Assembly: GCF_001272835.1 (NCBI RefSeq)
Contig: NZ_CP010546.1
Span: 452,809 to 484,808 of the forward strand
Direction: 5' to 3'
Source of the DNA: Mycoplasmoides pneumoniae FH
GTDB taxonomy: Bacteria > Bacillota_I > Bacilli_A > Mycoplasmatales > Mycoplasmoidaceae
Length of the DNA stretch: 32,000 nt
The translations under genes and the position numbers were made by a program. Each line of letters opens with the position of its first letter. Within the stretch, counting starts at the first letter, position 1. Below the pieces are notes generated by a model that saw nothing but the letters and a program-made list of their open reading frames with translations, did not search any database and was not told the origin of the DNA. Positions 10,549 to 19,043 of the stretch are shown here, one piece after another.

Positions 10549-10927
10549 TTAAGGCCTTTTCACGGAAAAAGATAATTACAGCATCAGGATTAGTAAAGTC
10601 CAAGTCACAGTGGTACTTGACATACTGCCCAACACTGTTAAAGATTGCTAACACAAAACTAGTAAACAAAAAGAAGGGGATTTTGCTCGAATAACACGCA
10701 TAAAAGTGCTTAATCTTAGCACGCATAGTACTTTTAAAAGTTTCTACATCGCTAAAATCACGCGGATTGAGCAAATAATCCTTGACATCACTAACCCGTT
10801 CCACCACCCAGTCATACGGAAACTGGTTAGGGTCAAAGTCGTGTTGGATGCGTTGAAAGTCAGCTGCGTCAATTTGGTCTAAAGTTTCAATAAAACCGTT
10901 AATGTATTTCTCAAAGAAGTTACTCAT
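10541..10927 (-). CDS. Uncharacterised protein (128 aa from ATG 10927; 133 aa if the TTG at 10942 is used)
   Basis: This is track ORF 10541..10942. The ATG at 10927 overlaps the lplA stop (ATGAGTAA), and its own stop overlaps the next ATG (ATGACTAA). Confidence 0.75.
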   Translation of the reverse strand: MSNFFEKYINGFIETLDQIDAADFQRIQHDFDPNQFPYDWVVERVSDVKDYLLNPRDFSDVETFKSTMRAKIKHFYACYSSKIPFFLFTSFVLAIFNSVGQYVKYHCDLDFTNPDAVIIFFREKALND

Positions 10928-11939
10928 CCTTTTTGTTATCAAAGATAACTTCGAGCATTTGTTGAGGTGTTAAGGTACCAAAGTACTCCTTAAAGTTATC
11001 AATGTTACCCAATATTTTAGCAAAGATTTGGTAATCGTATTTTTGTCCTACCAACTGCTGGGTAACGGGGGTAATGTCGATAACACTCAAAAAGTCCCCA
11101 TAGAACTCAATGTCGACTACTTTACCCTGATCTACCTGCACGTTACATTCAAAGATGCCCGCACCCTCAAACCGTTTCTTGTTTTTAAAGTTGTAGTCAG
11201 CTGTTTTACCAAAGTTTCAATCCCAGGATTGGAAGTGTTCCTGTGCACGTTTTTCCACCATCTTAATGCTGCTTTCATCCAAATGAATCGTTTCAGCATG
11301 TTCGGTTTCGGTAAAGAACTGCACCATCTTTTCCAAGAAGGTTGGGGTAGAGAGGTTGGGGAGGTATTCTTTTACGTTAACTACCCGTTTTTGGACACTT
11401 TCAATTCCCTTACTTACCATTTTTGTTTTATCCACATTGAGGTACTTCGCTAGCTTGGTAAAGTCGGTATCAAACAACAACGTACCGTGGACCAACACGC
11501 GGTCTTTGGAGAGGTATTCCGCTAAACCAGAGAACTTCTTGCCCTCAATTTCCAAGTCATTGCGGCCATGAAACTGTGCGGGTACACCTACACTGTTTAA
11601 GAACTTCACCACATTACGGGTTGTTTCTTCATAAGCGTTTTCCATTTCCTTTTTTGCTTTGGGCAAAATAATTGAGAAACAGATGTTACCCATGTCATGA
11701 AACACCGCCCCACCTCCAGAAAAACGGCGAAACAAATTAACCTTGTCCTTTTCCACTTCACTAAGGTTAACCTCAGCGTACGTATTTTGGTTGCGCCCCA
11801 CCACAATCGTGTTGGCGTTTTGCCAGAAGTAAATGACTTTAATTTCCTCGCCCTTTTTAAATTCGGTGAGTAGCCATTCTTCTAACGCTGCGTTGAAGTA
11901 AGGAATGTTTTTAGGGGAAGTGAGAATGTAAGTTTTCAT
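10920..11939 (-). CDS. lplA: Lipoate-protein ligase A (339 aa)
   Basis: Track ORFs 10920..11141 and 11217..11939 share a frame and join through TGA 11217-11219. The motifs are RRFSGGGAVFHD and the GKKFSG lysine motif. Confidence 0.93.
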
Positions 11940-11965
11940 ATTCAGTTGTTGATTAGTTAGACAGT

Positions 11966-13339
11966 TTATTTAAAGTGATCAAAAAGAGCTTTTTTGCACA
12001 CATCAGCGATCATTTCGTTGATGGTAGGATGTGGTGAAATGGAGTTGGCAATGTCAAATAATGTCAAACCTGCATCCATAGCCAACGCTAGCTCGGCAAT
12101 CATGTCACTAGCAGTAGCAGCAATAATACAGCAACCCAAGATCTTACCGGTTTGTGGGTCAAACATCATTTTGACAAAACCGTTGGTTTCATTGTCAGCG
12201 ATTGCTTTTCCACAGTGCGCTAAAACAAGATTGGTTTTGACATAAGGAATGCCCTGTTTTTTCAACTCCATTTCGGTGTAACCCACCGATGCTACTTCCG
12301 GATTGGTGTAAATACAGGAAGGGCAAGTTAACTTTTGCGCTGGTTTGACCTGCTTCTTGTTTAAGATATGGTTCACCGCATACCGCCCTTGTTGGTAGGC
12401 AAAGTGGGCCAACATTAACTGGGCATTGGCATCGCCAACTATGTAGATGTTGGGAATTGAGGTTTGGAGATCTTGATTGAGCACAATCCGGTTGCGCTCA
12501 TCACGTTGTAAGTTCAACCCATCAAGACATTCCGTGTTGGGAATGCGACCAATCGAGACCAAAATGCGATCACCAACCACACTGCCTTCCTGCCCGTTTT
12601 GCGAATAAAAGACTTCATTATTGTTAGCACGGGTTACCTGTGCGTTGGTAATAATCTTGACATTCTTGGTTTGCAAGAGTTTAGCGACTAAATCTGATAC
12701 CTCAGTGTCAAAGATTTCCAAGATCCTATCCACCCCTTGTAAGATAGTCACTTCACTACCCAATGAAGCGTAGAGAAAGGCAAATTCAATACCAATCACT
12801 CCACCACCAACAACAACTAACTTGCGTGGTACCCCTTCCAAAGAGAGCGCTTGGGTCGAGTCAATTACAAAACCGTTTTGACGCGCTTCTGCAAAACCCG
12901 GAAGCGTTAAGTAACGGGGTCGTGAACCAGTTGCGACCACAATGCTTTTGGTGGTGTAAGTTTTACCCGCTACCTCCACGGTGTTGGGATCCAAAACCTT
13001 GGCTTCTCCCATTACCGTTTCAGCTTTAGCGGAAGCAATAATCGCTTTAACCCCACCAACTAACTTACTCACTACCTTACCTTTTTGCTCCAGCAATTGG
13101 TTTCAGTTAAGTGCTACTTGACCATTAATTGAAATACCATAGTCCTGCGCATGGCGGAGGTAATCGACAATCTTGGCCCGTTTTAACAGTGTTTTCGTTG
13201 GAATACAACCAACATTTAAACACACGCCACCAAAGTATTCCTTTTCGACAACGAGTGTTTTAAGTTTATGCTTACCCGCGTACTCAGCGGCCACATACCC
13301 AGCGGGACCAGCCCCTATAATAATGAGATCGTAATTCAT
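11966..13339 (-). CDS. pdhD: Dihydrolipoamide dehydrogenase, PDH E3 (457 aa)
   Basis: Track ORFs 11966..13096 and 13103..13339 join through TGA 13103-13105. The FAD site is GAGPAGY, the redox disulfide is CLNVGCIPTK, the NAD site is VVGGGVIGIEF, and the C-terminal motif is SPHPTINE. Confidence 0.97.
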
Positions 13340-14548
13340 CTAAGCTACTTCTAAATCAATTAATTCTTCGATTTGCTTGGCAATTTCCTTACCAAAGCGA
13401 CCCACATCAGCGCCATCGACCCAGCGGTGGTCGGCAGCAATTGTTAACGGTAGGATGGTATGAACGGCTACCCCACCTTCAGCACGCACAACACGTTCTT
13501 CCATGTTACCGGTAGCGACAATACACATTTCCGGGTGCTTAATAATCGGGGTACCAAAAGCAGCGCCTAAAGAACCAAAGTTAGTTACCGAGATCGTTCC
13601 CTTACTTAAATCAGGAAGCTTAATTTGCTTACTGCGGGCACGGTTAGCAAGATCAACAATGTCCTTGGCAATGTCGACTACCGACTTCGTTTGTGCTTGC
13701 TTAATGTTAGGCACAATCAGACCATCGGGAGTGTCCACGGCAATACCTACGTTAACATCCTTGTTTAACACAATTAGGTTGCGTTCCTTGTCATAACGAC
13801 CATTGAAAACAGGAAACTTCTTCAAAGCATTAACAATTGCTTTAACAAAGAAAGCAAAGAAGGAAATCTTCATGTTGTACTTGCTTAAAGCTAAGCCGTT
13901 AACACTCTCACGGTACTGCTTTAACTTAGTAGCGTTAACATAGAAGGTGAGAATCGTAGCGGGAATGTTTTCGTGTGATTTCACCATTGCTTCAGCAATT
14001 GCTTTACGCATTGTCGTGATCGCAATCGTTTCCTCACCACTAGGTGCTGCTGCAGATGCTGGAGCTGGAGTGGGAGTTGGAGCGGATGTAGGTTGTACTA
14101 CAGGAGCTGGTGTTGGTTGGGGCGCACTTGGCTGCACACCAAAAATAGGAAACACACTGTTCGATACCTTAATTTCACCCACTACCGAGGCACCCGCCTC
14201 TTCCACTACTGGTTCGGTGGTTACAGGTGCTGGTGTTGGGGTAAATGTTGGGGTTGGGGCAGGAGCTGGTGCAGATACTGGTTGGGGCGCAGCAGGTGCA
14301 GCAGCACCAGCGCCATCATCAATAACGGCCATCACCTGACCAATGTGCACCACATCACCAACATTAGTGGTAATGGCGGTAATAACCCCAGCATAAGGGG
14401 ATGGAAGTTCGGTGGTTACCTTATCGGTTTCCACTACAAAAAGGGCTTCATCGACCTTGATCGTATCGCCCACTTTTTTGAGGATTTCAGTTACTTTACC
14501 CTCATGTAAGCCCTCACCAACATCGGTGAACTTAAACTCATTTGCCAT
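13340..14548 (-). CDS. pdhC: Dihydrolipoamide acetyltransferase, PDH E2 (402 aa)
   Basis: This is the track ORF trimmed to the first ATG (14548, MANEFKF); the track start at 14557 is a TTG. It has a lipoyl domain with VETDKV, two Ala/Pro-rich linkers, and a catalytic domain with DHRWVDG. Confidence 0.96.
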   Translation of the reverse strand: MANEFKFTDVGEGLHEGKVTEILKKVGDTIKVDEALFVVETDKVTTELPSPYAGVITAITTNVGDVVHIGQVMAVIDDGAGAAAPAAPQPVSAPAPAPTPTFTPTPAPVTTEPVVEEAGASVVGEIKVSNSVFPIFGVQPSAPQPTPAPVVQPTSAPTPTPAPASAAAPSGEETIAITTMRKAIAEAMVKSHENIPATILTFYVNATKLKQYRESVNGLALSKYNMKISFFAFFVKAIVNALKKFPVFNGRYDKERNLIVLNKDVNVGIAVDTPDGLIVPNIKQAQTKSVVDIAKDIVDLANRARSKQIKLPDLSKGTISVTNFGSLGAAFGTPIIKHPEMCIVATGNMEERVVRAEGGVAVHTILPLTIAADHRWVDGADVGRFGKEIAKQIEELIDLEVA

Positions 14549-14566
14549 GATATACAAACTGTTTTA

Positions 14567-14572
14567 ATTTTA
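14567..14572 (-). promoter_or_regulatory. Candidate -10 box (TAAAAT) for pdhC-pdhD
   Basis: The minus strand reads TAAAAT 19 nt upstream of ATG 14548 and immediately downstream of the terminator hairpin. Confidence 0.4.
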
Positions 14573-14593
14573 GATTTAAAGCAAAAGTAATGC

Positions 14594-14625
14594 AAATAAA
14601 AAACCAGTCTTACGACTGGCTTTTT
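14594..14625 (-). terminator. Intrinsic (bidirectional-looking) terminator between the micro-ORF and pdhC
   Basis: The minus strand reads AAAAAG-CCAGTC-GTAA-GACTGG-TTTTTTATTT. This is a 6-bp GC-rich stem (14604-14609 with 14614-14619), extendable by A:U pairs, capped by a GNRA tetraloop and followed by a U-tract. Confidence 0.7.
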
Positions 14626-14655
14626 ATCTAAAACGAAATTTAGAGAAATTTCGCC

Positions 14656-14745
14656 TTATTTTTGGCAGCATTTGCAACCGCCACAGTTGCATTTACTGCA
14701 GTTAGCTGTTTCGGTTTTGCAACCACAGCATTTCTTGTCTTCCAT
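14656..14745 (-). CDS. 29-aa cysteine-rich micro-ORF: MEDKKCCGCKTETANCSKCNCGGCKCCQK (9 Cys, metallothionein-like spacing)
   Basis: The ORF runs from ATG 14745-14743 to TAA 14658-14656 and was translated codon by codon from the window. It contains CC, CxC and CxxC motifs. It sits between its own -10 box and a terminator. It is too short for the ORF track. Confidence 0.45.
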   Translation of the reverse strand: MEDKKCCGCKTETANCSKCNCGGCKCCQK

Positions 14746-14811
14746 CTTAATATGAAATAAATGGTGTTCCCTAGCCTTCTCAACTTTTAGTTAAAAAAAC
14801 TAGGTGCAATT

Positions 14812-14817
14812 ATTCTA
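14812..14817 (-). promoter_or_regulatory. Candidate -10 box (TAGAAT) for the small RNA / micro-ORF
   Basis: The minus strand reads TAGAAT 50 nt after the pdhB stop and 67 nt upstream of the micro-ORF ATG. Confidence 0.45.
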
Positions 14818-14866
14818 ACAAACCTCAAACTTATTTCAAATGGCTTGATTTAGAAAAGTCGTTAGT

Positions 14867-15850
14867 TTACTTTAAAAGTTGGTTAACAGCTTCCAAAATG
14901 CGGGCATTTAAATTGAACTGGTAGTGTTCACCCCGTGCTAACGGTACCACAATGTCCCAACCGGTTACCCGTTGTGGGGCTGCCTTGAGATAGCTAAATA
15001 ATTCTTCAGTTACCGATGCAATAATTTCCCCACTGGTGGTAAAGGTTTTAGCCGCTTCGGTAACTACGAGCAAGCGCCCGGTTTTCTTCACGGAGTTAAA
15101 CACCGTTTCCTTGTCTCAAGGGGAAATGGTACGCAAGTCAATGAGTTCAATGCCCTTGTCCTTCAACTCACCCCCATAGACCATGTTAATTAGGTCAAAC
15201 ATGGTAGGACCGTAACTAACAATAGTAAGGTTGTTACCCTGGCTAATTAAGTTAGCTTGACCAATTGGCACAGTGTAATAATCTGCTGGAATTTCCTGAC
15301 GGAAGGCACGGTACAGCTTCTTTGGTTCAAAGAAGACCACAGGGTCAGGTGATTCCACTGCTGCTAAGAATAAGCCCTTGGTGTCGTAAGGGTTGGACGG
15401 CATCACTGTTTTAAGTCCGGCAATTTGACCGTAAATCGCTTCCAAGGTCTCACTGTGGTGTTCAAGTGCTTTAATCCCACCACCCATTGGCATGCGGACA
15501 ATAATCGGACAGGTATACACACCGCGAGAACGGTTGCGGATCCGTGCTGCGTGGGTAAAAATTTGGAACATTGCGGGGAAAGAAAAACCGGAGAACTGGA
15601 TTTCCACGATTGGTTTAAGTCCACCAATGGCAGCGCCCACACCAATACCAGCCATAGCTGCTTCGGCAATCGGACAGTCCCAAACACGCTCCTCACCGTA
15701 CTTCTTTTGTAAACCCTTAGTAGCACGGAACACACCACCTTCAAAGCCAGCATCCTGACCGTATAAAACAACGTTGGGGTCGCGCTCTAACGCTAGATCC
15801 ATTGCGTTACCCAACGCTTCAATGTTATTTGCTTGAATTGTTTTTGACAT
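14867..15850 (-). CDS. pdhB: Pyruvate dehydrogenase E1 beta subunit (327 aa)
   Basis: Track ORFs 14867..15103 and 15116..15850 share a frame and join through TGA 15116-15118. The sequence is E1-beta/transketolase-like (GQDAGFEGGVFRATKGL, FEPKKLYR). Confidence 0.97.
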
Positions 15851-15871
15851 AGTGAATTTATTAATGTGAAA

Positions 15872-16948
15872 TTAGTCTTTAAAGTATTTTTTAGCTTCAG
15901 CCTTTTGGCGCGCTAGATCAGGAGTCAACTTTTCATAGTTGTAATCAAACACTTCATCCAAGGTAACTGGCGTTTTGCTAACCATTACCTCATATGCAGC
16001 TTGCACTTCTTGTTCAATCTTAGCTACCATTTCCTCTTCTTGTTGTGGGGTTAGAATACCACGGTCAAACAAGAAGTTACGTAACCGCTTCACAGGGTCA
16101 CTCTTCATCGCTTCCGCTTCCTCTTCTTTAGTACGGTAAATGGAAGGGTCATCGGAAGTGGTGTGGGGACCTTGACGTCAAGAGAAGAACTCAATTAACA
16201 CTGGTCCATTACCGCTTCTCGCATAGTTAGCTGCTTCGTGCATTGCTTCGTAACTCGCAATTAAGTCATTACCGTCAACGCGAATACGAGGAATGTTAAC
16301 CGCAATAGCCTTGGTGGAAAGGTCACTTACAGCGGACTCTAATTTAGTTCTGGTGGAAATGGCAAACTGGTTGTTGTTAATACAAAAGACCGAGTTTCAC
16401 TTGTGAATGGAAGCAATGTTCATCGCTTCATAAAACTCACCTTCAGCTGTACCACCATCCCCAATCATCGTAACGGCTACGTTAGGGAGTTTCTTGTAGT
16501 GCAACATGTAACCAAGTCCAGCAGCATGAGAGTACTGTGCACCAATGGTAATGTTAATGGGCAGCGTTTTGTATTTAGCTTCGATCTTACTACCGTTTTC
16601 GTTACCGTTTCAGTAAAGTAAAAGCTGTTCTGGTTTAACACCACGGTACAACATTAACGCACCGGAACGGAAGGTAGGGCAGAACCAGTCATTTTCATTT
16701 AAACCCATGCCCATACCAACTTGCAGTGCTTCCTCACCTAAGTTAGGCGCAAAGTTCAACATCTTACCAGCACGTTGTCAAACAAGCATCTTCTTGTCCA
16801 TGATTCGGGAAAGATTCATGAGGTAAAAAGCGTGCTTTAACTGTTCGTTGCTAAGTGTAATCTTGTGATTAGGGTCCATTAACTTACCCTCATTGTCATA
16901 CACTTGGTAAAGTGTAGTAGGGACTTTGTTTTTAATCAAAATTGCCAT
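15872..16948 (-). CDS. pdhA: Pyruvate dehydrogenase E1 alpha subunit (358 aa)
   Basis: The start is ATG 16948 (MAILIKNKVP), in frame with track ORF 15872..16108. My translation shows four in-frame TGA codons and no TAA or TAG. The TPP motif is GDGGTAEGEFYEAMN. Confidence 0.96.
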
Positions 16949-16968
16949 AATTATTTGTTAGTTTAATC

Positions 16969-18408
16969 TTATTTATTTTTAGGGGTATAGTAACTAAAAC
17001 CAAGCGCTTGCAACACGGCTGCTAACACAAAGTTGAACGGCTTATTGTAGTGGGGAAGAAAGTAAACGTCTACTAAACCCAGTTCACTGATCAACATTTT
17101 CTTCTGTACTGCTAAAGCAATATAGAAGATAATTTCACTGTGGTTGGTGTTTCACGAAAGTAATTGGGCACCCAACAAACGGAGCGTCTTCTTGTCGTAA
17201 ATTAACTTAAAGCGCACCTTGTCAAAGGTCCCCATAAATTCGGGACGGTCGTTGTCATCAACAATGCTCACTCCCACATCAAAACCGTTCATTTTGGCAC
17301 GTTTTTCGGTTAAACCAGTAGCTGCTAGATTTAAACCAAATACGTGCAGCGCATTGGTACCAACAATGGACTCTAACTTTACAGCCTTGCTACCAATCAT
17401 GTGCATAGCAGCGACTAAACCACTTTTCACAGCGTTGGTAGCTAAGTCAATGTTTTCGTATTGTTCACTAGCTGCATCATAAATGGCAGCAGCCCCACCA
17501 ATAACATACACATTTTCATGATTTAAGGCTTGGAGGTATTCATTAACCTTAATCGAACCGTTACGGTTAAACTCAAACTGCCTGTCTTTAGGGACAAACT
17601 GGGTGTTTGGGCGGAACCCAATCGATTGGATGACAAGGTCAGCATCCACCCGACCCTTATCGGTTTCAACACCTTTAACGACATTTTTGTCCGCATCAAC
17701 AATAAAGCCCTTAACGGCACTACCCATCATTAGGTTAATGCCCGCTTTCTTCATGGCTTTTTCCAACTCGTTGGTAAACTCTTCATCAAAGTTATTGCCA
17801 GCTGGTTTGTCCAACATGTCAATCACAGTCACCTGTTTACCACACTGTCAAGCCGCTTCTGCTAACTCTAAACCAATGTAACCCGAGCCCACAATGGCTA
17901 CTGATTTAATTGACTTGTCATGACGGAAGCTGTCAATTAAGGTAAGGGCGTGTTGGTACAACTTACAACTAATTAAGTTCTTAATATTGCCACAGTACTT
18001 ATCAGTGTGGTTGAATTGCAATTGGGTGTGGGTTACTTCGTTTTCCACATTCATACAAATCGGTCAAGCTCCAGAGGCTACTACCAATTGATCATAGTGG
18101 TCCACAGTTTCCTTACCAGTGGCCAAGTCCTTCACGATTACTTGTTTTTTGTCTAGATCAAGACCAACTACATCATGAGCCATAAAGACATTAGCACCCA
18201 TAGCTTTTAGCTCTTCAGGGGTGGAGTAGAACAGGTCTTCGGTGTTTTTAACTACACCACTAACTGCCAAGGCAATTCCACAACCCAAAAAGGAGATGTT
18301 GGTATTGCGATCATAAGCGTTGACCTGAAAGTCTTTGCTCTTGCTTAAAAGGGTTCTGATAAAACTGGTGCCGGCGTGATTGACACCGATAACAATCACT
18401 TTCTTCAT
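16969..18408 (-). CDS. nox: NADH oxidase (FAD-dependent pyridine nucleotide-disulfide oxidoreductase, 479 aa)
   Basis: Track ORFs 17152..17832, 17848..18054 and 18064..18408 share a frame. Reading through TGA 17152-17154 extends the gene to TAA 16971-16969. It has an N-terminal FAD fold (VIVIGVNHAGT) and the redox-active Cys in FLGCGIAL. Confidence 0.95.
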
Positions 18409-18475
18409 ATCGTAATCAATGTCTTAAGATTAATATTTTCACGCCAAACTAAGTTTAGTTAAGTGCGGTATTTAT

Positions 18476-19009
18476 TTAATAGTGGAGCAAGATCTTGGTT
18501 GCCACATTTGGTTGTAGCTTTGCTTTACCGTGCAGTTTTTGCAGTTCAATTAAAAAACAATAACCCACAGTTTGACTACCTAAACGCGCTATTAGTTTGT
18601 CAATCGCTGCAACCGTACCAGCAGTAGCTAGTAAGTCATCAACAATCACACAGCGCTTGCAGTTTTCTAGTGCATCAACCCGCATTTCCAAGATTGAGTT
18701 TTGGCGGTATTCCAAATCATAGGTTTCACGCGCTAACTCACCTGATAGCTTATGGGGTTTGCGCACTAACACTAGGGGTAGTTTGGTTTTGGAAGCCAAA
18801 GCACCACCAAAGATAAAACCACGCGCTTCGGGACATACGATGCCATCAGCTTTAACTTCCTGGATAAACTGTGCCATTTGTTCCAGTACAAACTCAAACA
18901 GTTCACTGTTTAAAAAAATTGGCGTAATGTCGTAAAAGAGGATTCCCGGAGTGGGAAAGTCATTAAATCGCTTAATAGCTCGATCAAGCGCTTGGAGTTT
19001 CTGTTTCAC
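18476..19009 (-). CDS. apt: Adenine phosphoribosyltransferase (177 aa, GTG start)
   Basis: This is an intact track ORF with the PRPP-binding motif VIVDDLLATAGT. The start codon at 19009-19007 is GTG. Confidence 0.93.
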   Translation of the reverse strand: MKQKLQALDRAIKRFNDFPTPGILFYDITPIFLNSELFEFVLEQMAQFIQEVKADGIVCPEARGFIFGGALASKTKLPLVLVRKPHKLSGELARETYDLEYRQNSILEMRVDALENCKRCVIVDDLLATAGTVAAIDKLIARLGSQTVGYCFLIELQKLHGKAKLQPNVATKILLHY

Positions 19010-19043
19010 TGTTTATTATCTTAAAAACTGTTAAAAGCGTTTC

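Larger units (their letters stand above)
14594..14806 (-). ncRNA. ~205-215-nt small transcript predicted in the pdhB-pdhC spacer (MP200-type RNA, identified from memory)
   Basis: A -10 TAGAAT (14817-14812) predicts a start near 14805, and the terminator U-tract ends near 14596. I recall a ~200-nt RNA reported within the pdh cluster of M. pneumoniae and M. genitalium. The ends given here are predicted, not measured. Confidence 0.6.

Noticed and set aside
13947-14509. Two long plus-strand ORFs (13947..14339 and 14093..14509) are rich in Gly/Ala/Val/Trp.
   Set aside because: They are antisense or out-of-frame shadows of the GC-rich Ala/Pro linker region of pdhC, which is clearly the real gene on the minus strand. 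The low-complexity sequence keeps alternative frames open.
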